This document shows, piece after piece, positions 46,672 to 60,076 of a stretch of 64,000 nt of DNA. The position numbers and the translations under genes are program-made. The stretch is from assembly GCF_009914755.1 (NCBI RefSeq), contig NC_060930.1; one strand, given 5' to 3'. Below the pieces are notes generated by a model. The model saw only the letters and a list, made by a program, of their open reading frames with translations. It was not told the origin of the DNA and did no database searches. This DNA is from the human T2T-CHM13v2.0 reference genome, Homo sapiens. The stretch's first letter is position 1, and every line of letters starts with the position of its first letter.

Positions 46672-47733
46672 CCTCTCTTAACCTTCAGTAGTTCTTAAGG
46701 GAATCACTATGTTACAGTATTGCATAATAACTAATGTGCATAATTATTATTCTGAACCATGGAAGCACTAAATCACTTCAATAATTCAACCTAATAAGTC
46801 AGGGAAATGCACTTAAAAGTTTTAAGTAATTTAAATGTTAAGTTTGGACAAACAGAGCATTAAGCTTACATTCTCCGAAATAATCCAGTTCAACCAGAAT
46901 GCTTCATACCTGATGATGCTTCATGACGTTCTGAAAATGACTGCACACTACTCTTTGCACATTACATGTGAACATACCTTTCCCCCTGTTCGAAAACTGC
47001 CTCTGATAGCCAGAGTCAGGCTTCTACAGCCACCACTGCATTCCTCGTGCCTGCCACCTTCATCCTTCTCTGATGGGTCAGAGCAGTCACCCAACACCAA
47101 CCCAACCTAGGCCTACCAAAATCAACCTTCAGAGAATTTGAAATTTAGATACAGAGGTCACCAGAATGTCAGCACATTTATCATCAAGTTGTGGAGACTA
47201 AAGACCACCCATTCCTGCAGTTTGTGAGACTGGCACTTCCTTTCTAGTGTTGGCTGTTCACCTCTTAGTCCATAGGAGAGAGAAGCAACTTTCCCATAAA
47301 TCTCTCTTTTGGTTTAACTTTACCAATATTCTGTTCCTTGTAACTCCCAATGCTGAAACAAACACAGACTCCTACCCCATGGCAGGAATTGTGCTACCTG
47401 CTGGGGTAATGAAGATAGATATATTAATAATAGTTTCCGCCTTCAAAAATCTCACAGAGCATCAATAGTAAATGTGGTCTTACTCTCACTTATTTGATTA
47501 ATCCATAATTAATATATTTGAGCACATGTCTTTTCTCCTATGAGGAACACTGTTCATGCAGTTTGACACTGGAAATTCTGGCAAGACAGAGCGTTTATCA
47601 AGCTTTGTGGTTATGTGTATTAAATACAGACCTTTTAACTGCTACTGGTAACTTGTTTTTAACTATAGGATATAATCTCCTGATGTTATATTTAAAATAT
47701 CATTTGATCCAGTAAAATTTAAATACCAATTAG

Positions 47734-48048
<315 letters not shown>

Positions 48049-48052
48049 AAAA

Positions 48053-48207
48053 AATATATATATATATTTTTATATATACATGTATATATATAATTTTTAT
48101 ATATACATGTATATATTACATGTATATATATATTTTTATATATACATGTATATATATTTATATATATACATATATTTATATATACATATATATTTACATA
48201 TATATAC
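48053..48207. repeat. AT-rich low-complexity repeat, (TA)n with TACATG interruptions
   Basis: Read directly from the sequence. Confidence 0.9.
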
Positions 48208-48419
48208 GAGAAAAAAAGTAACAAATTTCCCAGATAGTTAACAAGAAAGGAAGGAAATACTTTAAAAGTAAAACTTAAGATTTAAGTGATTTTTTTTTTT
48301 GCACTTTGAAAATACATCTTGCTTTAAACACACAAAATCTTAGCAGCTGGAAGCCTGTTATGTGTTTAATTAAATGGCCCACACATGTGTTTGTAATGCA
48401 CAGCACTGTGGTCTGTGAA

Positions 48420-49300
48420 CGGAATCCTGGAATCCCCGGGGTGTATGGTCAGCCTTTTGCCTCACTGAACTCTCCTCTGGAGGCCATGGGAAACAGGGTA
48501 CTTGTTTGAGTTTTCTCCTCGGGTCCACATTTCCTCTATCGACTACTGCTGTGTAAACAGACTCATGTTCAAAAGGTGCTGGGCTCCATTGACCTAATCC
48601 ACTCTGAAGTGCCAGATCTGTCCACACGTCCTCGGGATTAGGCCAGCATGGCCAGCTCACCCTGACTTTGCCTAAGGGATGGTGCAGTGGACTTGGACCT
48701 CCCCCAAGCCAGGTTCATCTGATTGGTTTCCCTTTTGCGCTCTTCTTCCCCTGGGAGAGGATATCCTCAGCATGGACTGGGGCCCACAGAGCATGGAAGC
48801 TGAAACACCGATTCTTCCTCAATGAGCTGAAGTTCTCCAGATGGCAGCAAGCGCTCGTCATGCAAATTCTTGGCAGCAGGGAGCCTGTCAAGTGGCTACT
48901 GCTGCTTATTGTTACCAACACTCCCCCACCCCCTCCACACAAATGCAGAAGAAACACCATCTGTCGCCTGTGGGGCTGAGCGGTTCTTTCCAAGTCCCTT
49001 CTAGTCAGTGCCGCTCAGCAGCCCTGCGCTGTGCGCACGGTCCAAACAGGAGTTGCCTCTCCTTGAGCCAGGGAGGACCCCGTCCGGTGCTGGCAGTTCT
49101 CTTCTTCCACGCCTCCTGGGCCTGGCCCCTCATCCAGGGCCGAGCCGGGGCGTTTTGCTAGCAGATTTCTCATAAGATAGTTATGTAACAAGAATAGGAA
49201 AACGATTGTGTTTCTCCCTTTAGATTCTGGGAAAGAAACAAGATGAACTGAGTTAGCAACGTGTCTCCATCACTAGTGAGAAATGTGAATAGAAGATAAC
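48420..49300. promoter_or_regulatory. Candidate promoter or enhancer: non-repetitive GC/CpG-enriched island with clustered TF motifs
   Basis: FOX TGTAAACA 48552-48559; TGACCT half-site 48590-48595; HNF4/DR1-like TGACTTTG 48663-48670 and TGGACTTGGACCT 48688-48700; NF-Y CTGATTGGTT 48719-48728; octamer ATGCAAAT 48860-48867; MRE TGCGCAC 49032-49038; CpG cluster at ~48960-49155. Confidence 0.55.
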
Positions 49301-50742
49301 TGGTTAAGGAGCACACTCCGGATGTGAAAAGCACAGCCTTGAAGTTAAAAGGTCGCCCATAACATCAGCGTGATTTCGGGTTTGTGTTCTCTTCTCTCCC
49401 ACTGATGTTATGTCTCCTGATTAATGATGAACTCTCATAAGACCTAAAAACGTTCTGTACAAACGAAAGCTGTCGCCAAAAGACTCTAAGCTCTGGAGAA
49501 GGCTCAATATCTTGTCCATCTTTGAACTCCGAGACCATCCGTGCAGTCATTCAATAACTATTTTTTCTTGTTGTTGCTGTTGGATTTTTGTGGGATAGTT
49601 ATATATACAAATACAAATGCAAGCAATAATAATATGCCATGTCATATCTGCGTTTTTAATGTTTTCTTTTTAACCCCAGAAAGTTGTTCATATGCCTCAC
49701 CTCAGGTCATTCTATCTTCCTTTATCTGTGCAAATCTCCCATTTTATTTTTTAAAACATTTAGTATTAATTCCCCATAGACATAGACATCCCTAAAATGT
49801 AATCTCTGCCTTTCAAATCTACCTTTCATACATTTCCTTAGATGGATATTCCTGAAAAATATTCTACATTTGTCTTTTACATGTGTTTATTTTAATGTAC
49901 ATAGATTGAACTGTGATTGTATCAGTCCTGACTTTTTCACCATTATTATCCTTTGAGGTCTATTCCATTGTCATTCTTCCTCACACAGATGTTACTTTCC
50001 CATGAAGCGTCTCGTTCTATTCCATTTTTTACTCCATGACTTGCATTAATGGGTAAATTTGAGAAGAATGGCTGGGCATGCTCTTCTCTGTCTTCCCCTT
50101 CTTCTTCATGGGTCCTGGCGACTTTCAGAGAGTCCACTTTTTCTCCTGCTTAGATGTGGCGCCCCATGTGGGCACCTGGCCCAAGGTGGAGATTCTGTCT
50201 ACTCTGGTTTTCAGTGTTCGGGTCCTTTTTCACCCACACTAAACATCTTCGAATGCTATGTTATCAACAATAAAAGCAATATTTAGATCTCCATTCATTT
50301 TTGCTTTTATTTCTTAATTTGTTCAGAATCCAGATAAGGAAGATAATTATCCTTTGTTGGTAGTCTTCTGGGAGACCCCAGGAGTCTTTAGTCAACTAGG
50401 TTTCATGGTTTGCATTTACACATGATATTTACATATTCCACTGGTGATAAACACATACAATTGCCTCCTCCCCTTTGCTGACAGGACTAGCACTGTGGTA
50501 ACCAAGTCTGCCTGTGGACGTGGCGGGGAGATTCTCTGGAGTGTACACCAGGAGGAGGATTGTTGGATCACAGTTACATGAATATTTAATTTTACTAAAT
50601 ACTGCCATATTACTGCCCATAGTGACTGCATCATCCTTACCTCCAACAACAGTTGATATTATGAGCAGTGGATATTCTGAAGCTACCTCACTTTTGCCAG
50701 CCTGATAATGGTAGCTCATGACTGTTCAAATTAGTAAACATT

Positions 50743-51035
50743 GGTCGGTGAGGTGGCTTACACCTGTAATCCCAGCACTTTAGGAGGCCGAGGTAGGCTG
50801 ATCACTTGAGGTAAGGCGTTTGAGACCAGCCTGGCCAACATGGTGAAACCCTGTCTCTACTAAAAATACAAAAATTAGCCGAGCGTGGTGGCATGCACCT
50901 GTAATCCCAGCTACTCAGGAGTCTGAGGTGGAAGAATTGCTTGAACACGGGAAGCGGAGGTTGCAGTGTGCTGAGATTGTACCTCGGTGCTCCAGCCTGG
51001 GCAACAGAGCAAGACCCTGTCTCAAAAAAATAAAT
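50743..51035 (+). mobile_element. AluS
   Basis: Full dimer with A tail. Confidence 0.92.
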
Positions 51036-51593
51036 GCATAAATATATTAGGAAGCACCTGCTCATATGCTTGTTAACTATTTGATTCCCACCCTAAGCTT
51101 TTGTGAATTATTATTCATGTATTTTGTCCATATTTTATTTGGTTTACAGTCTTTCTTGCTTATTTTCCAAAAACCAATTATACATTTATGTGTATGTAAG
51201 ATAATTTCTTGTTAGTTTTCACATTATAAATACCTTCCTTCAATCTATATCTGCCTATTAACTTTGGTTATGTAGTCCTTTGTTAAACAGAATGTTTATA
51301 TTTGGATATTGCAAAACACATTCATTTTTCTTCTTCTCATTTGTGCTTTGGGTTTCTGTTGGAGCTTCCTCCACATGAGATCACAAAGATAAATTTCTCT
51401 ATTTCTTCCATAACAGCTTTAGATTTTCGCCTTTCAACTTTAGCCCTTTAATCTAATTTAAATGGATTTCTTTTTCTTTTTTCTTCCTTTCTTTTTATAT
51501 ATGCTATGATGTATGAATTCCCAATTTATTTTTCTTCATATGGTGACCCAATTAATCTATTCCTTAATAAGGAATCCACTCTTTCCTTGCTAA

Positions 51594-51916
<323 letters not shown>

Positions 51917-52666
51917 CCTTGCTATTTGTGATTATCATCTCAATCTCATGTATTATTTTCTCTACTCTCTGGACTCTATTCTATTCTATTATCTACCCGT
52001 GTGTTCCTGTGCCGGTACCACATGTTTAAACAATAGTTTTTTAAATGTCTTAATTTCTGTTTGGGTAAGTCTCTCTTGGCTCTTTTTAAAAAACATTTTA
52101 ACTATTCATGGGCCTTTATCTTTCTACATAAATTTTAGAATCAATTTTTTAAGTTACTCAAAAGTTCTGCTGGGATTTTGACTGGATTTGTTAGAATTAA
52201 TAAATTAAGTAATGGAAATTTAAAATATGTATACAGAATATTAAATATATCTTTCCTTTTATTCAAGTTTCTTTGTCTTTTTATTATGTTAATAGTTTAT
52301 TGAGGCCCTTGAATTTAAGGTTATATCTCTATTACTTTTTTAAAATCTATTTTCCTTATTTAATTGGCTAGAAGCTCTTATAATGTCATCAGGGTTGAAA
52401 ATGAACATCCTTGTCTATCCATGAATGGACTGGGTCTAGAACTCCTCCATTAAAGATGATCTTGCTATAGATTTTTTTCATATAGCTTTATTATATCTAG
52501 TATTTCTTGTGAAATGAAATGTTGTAAATGGGTAAAATGGAATGATTATGCTGCTGTTGTGTTTTCTGTACCAGCTCGCACAAAAAGTAAATACAAGTCC
52601 AATACAACTCGATTTCATTTTCAGTGGTATTGAGGACATACACAGTTTATGCTAGAAAACATACTC

Positions 52667-52851
52667 CAGTGATTCTTAAATGTTAGCCTGCATCAAAATC
52701 ACCTGGTGGCTTATTAAAACACAGATTTTGGGGACACATCTCAAAATGTCTGATTCAGTGAGTTTGCAGCCAGGCTCCGAAGTCTGCATTTCTCACAAGT
52801 TTCCAAGTGATGCTGATGCTGCTGGCCCAGGGAGCCACTTTGAGAACCTTG
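52667..52851. mobile_element. MER5A (hAT-Charlie)
   Basis: CAGTGATTCTTAAA...GCATCAAAATCACCTGG...AAGTTTCCAAGTGATGCTGATGCTGCTGG...CCACTTTGAGAACC. Confidence 0.85.
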
Positions 52852-52979
52852 ACAGAGTCACTTTCATTCAACTTTGATCTTCTCATAGGCAATTTAATAT
52901 TTTATTTCAGACCCAAGTTGCATTTTGTGTCTTTGGCCAACAAACCATTACAATGTATTAGGTTGAAATATATATAGTA

Positions 52980-53111
52980 GGCCAGGTGCAGTGGCTCAAG
53001 CCTGTAATCCCAGCACTTTGGGAGGCTGAGGCAGGAGAATCGCTTGAACCCTGGAGGTGGAGGTTGCAGTGAGCCGACAGAGAGAGACTCTGTCACAAAA
53101 AAAAAAAAAAA
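52980..53111 (+). mobile_element. Chimeric monomer-length Alu (left-arm 5' part fused to right arm, plus a second deletion)
   Basis: CCCAGCACTTTGGGAGGCTGAGG runs directly into CAGGAGAATCGCTTGAACC; GAGCCGA joins CAGAG; no TSD. Confidence 0.85.
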
Positions 53112-53698
53112 GAGAACATTTCTTATGTTTTTGTCAAGACCCTAAGAATGAATTTCTTGTTCATTAGACAACTTTTCATATGTAGAAAATCAGTTTGTGA
53201 GTCTCAAACGAAACCACTTTTCAAAGACAGGTTTAGGCATTTAGCTATGACTATTATACATCATAAATTGCAGGGATCACCTTAATAAATTCTAGCCAAT
53301 CGGATTAAAACAAGTCAACAAGTCTTTGTCATACCCAATTCTGTTGCTAGTATAGGTATGGCCAATGATTTTACATCTTCACATTTAAGTTGATAGTGCA
53401 TGAGAAATTAGACTCTTAAGAAGAAATTTCCTAAATGTCCAAAACATGATCTGTCCTGCTGAATTCTTTTATAAAGTCTTATTTCTTTTAAAAAGCATCT
53501 TGGCAATCAAGTCACCATTGTTACCCTTGTCTTCATGTTAAAGATAAAATTAGGAAAGAATATTTTGTCATTTGTAATTGCTGCTTCTTTATTCTCAGTT
53601 GTTATTTAGAAAATTTTATCCCATTATAGATTTTTCTTTTTTTCTGAATAATGCCAACTTGATATAAACTGGTTAGTTCTTTATTTCTATTTTTATAG

Positions 53699-53848
53699 TT
53701 GAACCGTCCACAGTTTGGCCATGATAGTTGGCTGCTTCTGTTAGCAACTTATGCTGTGTTTCCAGTGTCTTGTTTTGGGAGTGATTTAGGGAATGAGGGG
53801 CTTACTTTAATTTACATATACTATAAAGAACATGAACTTTTGAAACAG
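53699..53848 (+). other. Candidate 150-nt internal exon, probably non-coding
   Basis: Acceptor TTCTTTATTTCTATTTTTATAG| and donor CAG|GTAAAT; the phase-0 frame is open for 50 codons; no recognisable protein homology. Confidence 0.3.
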
Positions 53849-53854
53849 GTAAAT

Positions 53855-53975
53855 GTGAATTTTAATCCTAATTATACCACATATTAGCTCTGTGACTTAG
53901 GCAATTTACTTAATCTCTTGAAACCTCAGATTCTTCTATTTTAAAATAGGTATATAAGAACCTGCCTTTATAGAA
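53855..53975 (+). mobile_element. MIR fragment
   Basis: TAGCTCTGTGACTTAGGCAATTTACTTAATCTC...CCTCAG...TAAAATAGG. Confidence 0.65.
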
Positions 53976-55109
53976 GAGAAGTCATCACAGTACCTGAAAT
54001 TTATTTGAAATATAAAAGTTTTGAAAGGCAAAAGTATAAATAAATTACATTAAAACATTCTACTAAAAGAAATACTTAAAATCCCAAACAAACCTGCACG
54101 ATATATGAAGCTAATTGGAATTTGTAGAAATTAATTTATTCTACAAATACATATTTTGTGTATCTGCCAAGTTTATGATCTGGCTTGCCTATGCAGATTC
54201 AGACCAGAGTTCATAGCTACCTATGGGAGCAATTCATAGGATGTGTCCCTAAGGCAATATAACTGCCAGGCACTCTACCAGGCATTTTGCACAGAATCCA
54301 TAAAACATTACTTTGGGGTAGATTCCTTGGCCTCTTTCCCCAAGGCCTGTGTTCTATTACAACATCATGCTGTGAAAAAGAAGGCTGACATTTACTCCTG
54401 GCAGAAAGGAGCTTTATGGTATTTCATCAAATCTGGAATATCACATCTTGTAAAACACATCATTATTTTACATACCACTAGGAAAGATTAAGAAGCTGCC
54501 AACTAAATTATGATATCATTTTTTATCTCTTAGAATTTTAATGTTATATGTATTAAAAGAGCCCATTTAGGTTTATTTGGGATTATATATCGCTTATGCA
54601 TATATAAAAAGGAAAATAAGCAAAATAAATAGGGTAATGCATTTGCAAAGCTTTCTCATATTTCGAGTTCAACTCTACTAAAACATGTCATATAGAATAA
54701 TTGTTAATATCTGTGTTTTTCTACATAACTTCATCATTTATGCCATCAAGAGCAGCATTTCTCACTCTATGATTGTGTCTATAATTTTTTTCCAAGCCAC
54801 TGACACTCTTTCTGCAAGTTTGTATGCACCTATGCAAACAATAGCATCCACAATATGACTGCCACCTAGCCAACAGCAATTGTAAAACACCCAGACATAA
54901 AAATGTGAAAAAATGTATATCTAGAATCATGAAATGCTGTGCCTATTGCACGAGCTATACCACATTAGATAAACTATTTTACTACTTCATAGAAGTTGAA
55001 ATGAATTTGAGAGTTAAGATACTTTTCTGCGGTTTTTGCACTTTGTCCCATGTTTTTCAATTTTTTTAATCCTTAGTTTTTCTTCTTCTAAGATTATTGT
55101 TTTGTCCTT

Positions 55110-55585
55110 GACTCCCTAAAATTCCATGAAACAGAAACCTGATGACAGTAGCCAAGCCAAATAAGGGTGTAGTTTCCCCACATAACAAGGAGGTCTTGAA
55201 ATTGAAGGGTTACAATTACGGTGGCATCAGGATTCCATGTGGATCCATCCTGGAGGGATCCCATCCCAGATCCATACAGCTGTTCTTCACTCTGCCACAG
55301 CTCAGGTTCCATCACATCCTTGTGCTTACAAGATGGCTGCTGCATCACGACCACGTCCCCAGGGAAAAAGCAGGAGATGAACAAAGGGCAACAGACATCA
55401 TGAAGGAGTCAGCCCGTTTTATGGGCTACATATAGCCCTATTATGGGCTATATGTAGATTTCTTCTTACATCTTACTGATAAACACTAGGTTATACAACC
55501 AACCCTAATTTCAAAGGAAACTGAGGAGAGTAGTATATTGTAACTGGAAACATTGTTTCTCTGATTATACTGGGGTTTTCTCAAT
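55110..55585. mobile_element. ERVL LTR33-like fossil
   Basis: CAAGATGGCTGCTGC, CACATAACAAGGAGGTCT and AAAGGAAACTGAGGAG...CTGGAAACATTG...GGGGTTTT. Confidence 0.5.
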
Positions 55586-55779
55586 TTAAAAAAGAAAGAA
55601 AGAAAATGGCTAAAAAAAGAAGAAACAGGGTCTACTTGCTACCACTCTGGGGCCCCAAAGGTTTAAAAGTATGAGGTAACATGATTGCCTCATGTACATG
55701 GAAGGTTATAGTTCTTGTTTTATTTTTATCTAATGTAATTGGGTAGGGTTTCACTGAAAATTAAACAGATCTCTTAGAT

Positions 55780-56112
55780 CAGTGGTCTCCAACCTTTTCG
55801 GCACCAGGAACTAGTTTCGTGGAAGACAGTTTTTCCATAGCTAGTGATGGGGGCAGGGGATGGGGGTAATTTCGGGATGAAACTTCCACCTCAGATCATC
55901 AGACATTAGGTTCTCATAGGAACATGCAACCTAGATCCCTTGCCTGTGCAGTTCACAATAGGGCTCAAGAATTTAATGCCAGCCGATTGATTGACAGGAG
56001 GCCGAGCTCAGGTGGTAATGCTCGCCACCGCCACTCACTCCTGCTGTGCGGCCAGGTTCCTAACAGGCCACTGACCATTACCAGTCCATGGCCAGGGGGC
56101 TGGGGAACCCTG
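55780..56112 (+). mobile_element. MER1B-like (hAT-Charlie) MITE
   Basis: TIRs CAGTGGTCTCCAACC / GGCTGGGGAACCCTG; 8-bp TSD TCTTAGAT (55772-55779) / TCTTAAAT (56113-56120). Confidence 0.88.
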
Positions 56113-56206
56113 TCTTAAATAATGCTACTAATAAAATGTACATCCTCGTCGTCACAGAAAGTGTTAGCTGCAAAGTAAAAACAAATGAAAGATGAAAATG
56201 CTTACA

Positions 56207-56500
56207 GGCCGGGCGCAGTGGCTGACGCCTGTAATCCCAACACTTTGAGAGGTGAGGCAGGCAGATCACCTGAGGTTAAGAGTTCAAGACCAGCCTGGCC
56301 AACATAGGGAAACCTCGTCTCTACTAATAACATAAAAATTAGCCGGGCGTGGTGATGCACGCCTGTAATCCCACCTACTCAGGAGGCTGAGGCAGGAGAA
56401 TTGCTTTAACCTGGGAGGCAGAGGTTGCAGTCAGCCCAGGTCATGCCACTGCACTCCAGTCTGGGCAAAAAGAGCAAAACTTCAACTCAAAAATAAAAGA
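56207..56500 (+). mobile_element. AluS
   Basis: Full dimer; TSD GAAAA(TG/CA)CTTACA. Confidence 0.92.
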
Positions 56501-56603
56501 AAACACTTACAAATAATTAAAATAATATAATATTATACTGGTTTTCTAATCCCAAACAATACATACTTAACAAGCATTTAATAAATCTGTATGAAATGAA
56601 TGA

Positions 56604-57296
<693 letters not shown>

Positions 57297-58965
57297 CCAA
57301 TTTCAACTTTCAAAGTTAAATTACAAAAGGTATTTATTTGCATATTAATCATAAGTAGGTATAATCATTACACTAGCGGAACAAACAACACGCCCACTGA
57401 CTTTAGAGTTCAAATTTAAATAAAATTTCTACTAATGTTTATTGTTCGCCCCTTACCTGTCTCACTCTCACTTTTTATCTGCACTTTATTCTGCTTACCA
57501 GTTCTGTTGACCCTTCCATCTATGTATATACTTGGACTTTGCTGTTTTTACAGGAAATCATTACCCTTGTTATTCCTGATACCAGTAAGGATAAGTTATT
57601 GTAAACTCTTCCTTGGTAGCTATAGGCTACTCTTTCCTCCTCCTCTCTCCATTTCCAACTGTCTCCGTTTTCTGGATCCTACTTCAATAAGGTGGCATGA
57701 GAAAATAGACTTTACTGTGATCCTTCTTTCCTTCCTCTACCCTGCTCCAGAAAGATATTGTCTCTCAACCTTAGAATTCTACACAGTTTTTATCCGGAGT
57801 TGTTACATAAGCAGTTCCATTAACAACTATTTTGTTCTAATTCTTAAAACCAATTGCCAATCATTATAATTGGCAAGTCCATTTATCTTCAAGTCCCTTT
57901 CTATTTTATAACTACTAATCGGATTTGATAGATCTTACCATAGTACATTCCTGTGGTTTTTGCTTGTTTTTGCTGTTTTGTTACCCACTTGAGGTCCTTT
58001 ATCTTCACACTAGACTACATAATCTATATTACTTTTTATCTCCATTAGATGCTAGGCTACTAGGAATCGTGGAATGTGTTTAAATACTCTTTGTATTCAT
58101 ATAAGCCATCAGAGTATCTCTACGGAAATGGACAATAAATGTTTGCTGGATGAATAAATTATTCTTTAACCCAGATTTCTTTAGTTCCCCCTTCCTGTTT
58201 AAAAAAAAAAACGAAAACTAATATTTTTAAGTCATGTAATCATTTATTTCACTAGTCATTTGACATAAGCAGGCCGAATCAGAGGAGTGTTCTCTTAATT
58301 GTTCGGTGTTCGGACTTTCAAAGTAAACACATGCATTGAACTTGAAAGGCATCCAAATTGGTGTGCCTAGAATTTCCCTTTCCCTTGGCAAACATTGTGA
58401 GCTGCCTTTCCATTTGCAATGTTGTTTCATTAGGTCATGAAAATGGACCCCATCAGAAGGTTGGCACACCCCATTACTGGAGTTACACTCAACTAAAGTT
58501 CAAAAAAAAATTGGCAACAAAAACCATTTGATCAATCTTATTCTGGTTTCTAAGAATGGATTTGCTTATTTTTCCACTTCCTATGTTTTCATTTCTTAGT
58601 TTTCTTTTGCATCTTCTTCCCATCACAGTATACTCTAAGAATTCTCACCGGCCCTTTATTCACTTCTTCAAGAAAGAGTTATTTAGCTACCTTTAAGGAA
58701 AGGGCCCATCCCCCACTACTCATGTTCCACTCCAACTCCTCCTATCCACCAAATGTATCTATCTCTTTTCCCTTATGCTAACATTTTTGTTCCTATGTCA
58801 TTGCCTTTTTGAAGCTGGTACTCACTGAAGAAAAAAGATGGTCTTTGTTAATTGTACCAAAATGATGTAGGTCATAAGACTAAAAATTATGACTTCAATG
58901 GCAGAACTGGCAGTGAATAAGCTGGATTCCTTTCTCTTTCTGCAACCACATTCTCTTGAGCCTAG

Positions 58966-59352
<387 letters not shown>

Positions 59353-59404
59353 TGAAGTTGGAATGAGAGGCCAAGCATAAATTTGGACTGGTGACTCTGA
59401 GAGC

Positions 59405-59900
59405 AATAATAGCCAATCAGGAAATTAATTTCTGAGTCACAGTTATTCTCTTTTGCTACTCACTGGACAGCATTCATTAGTGTCTGGCTTTTTCATTTTT
59501 GCCCATCTTTTGAGCCTGATGGTGTCTGATAGAGATTTCTACTTGGCACTTCCTTGATATTAAATACAGCTGAGATTCTTTTTATATGCCAATTGCCCTT
59601 CAAGTTTCCTCTTCTATAAAATGACCCTGTAGTTTTTTTCAATTTTCCACTGAGTTGTTTATCTTTTTTTATTGATTTTCAGAAGTTTAAAAAAATATTC
59701 TGAGTACCAAACCTATTTGGTTATTCATGCTGCATTAGCAGTCAATTTGTGGTTAGCTTTTTATGTTATTTGTATCTTCTAAGGAGATAGTTTTAATTCC
59801 AGTGTATTCAATTTCAATTTATCAACCTTTTTGTTGTGGTTTTCGCTTTCTAAAAAATTCTTATTAGAGAGAAGTCCTTCTATCCAAGAAATCCTTTCTT
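59405..59900 (-). mobile_element. Old antisense L1 fragment
   Basis: TTTTTCATTTTTGCCCATC and TTTTCCACTGAGTTGTTTATCTTTTTTTATTGATTT. Confidence 0.55.
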
Positions 59901-60076
59901 ATTTTTAAGTAGGGGCAAAGGTAAGCCGCTATTTTTCCTTCAAGAATCAAATCTCATAATAAATAGATAGAAGCTTTATTGACTGAATTTCATTTAGCAG
60001 ACTAGCCTGGATAATCAACACTCTCCCTTTTCTGTATTAAAAATTGAACCCTCAAAGTTAATAGATTGTTTCTTAG

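Noticed and set aside
49420-49500. ATGATGA C-box suggesting a C/D snoRNA
   Set aside because: No suitably placed CTGA D-box or terminal stem
54120-54148. 10-bp AT-rich inverted repeat (similar short ones at ~14598-14625, ~57854-57876 and ~63388-63411)
   Set aside because: Short AT-rich stems of this size are expected by chance in 64 kb and are too short for pre-miRNA hairpins
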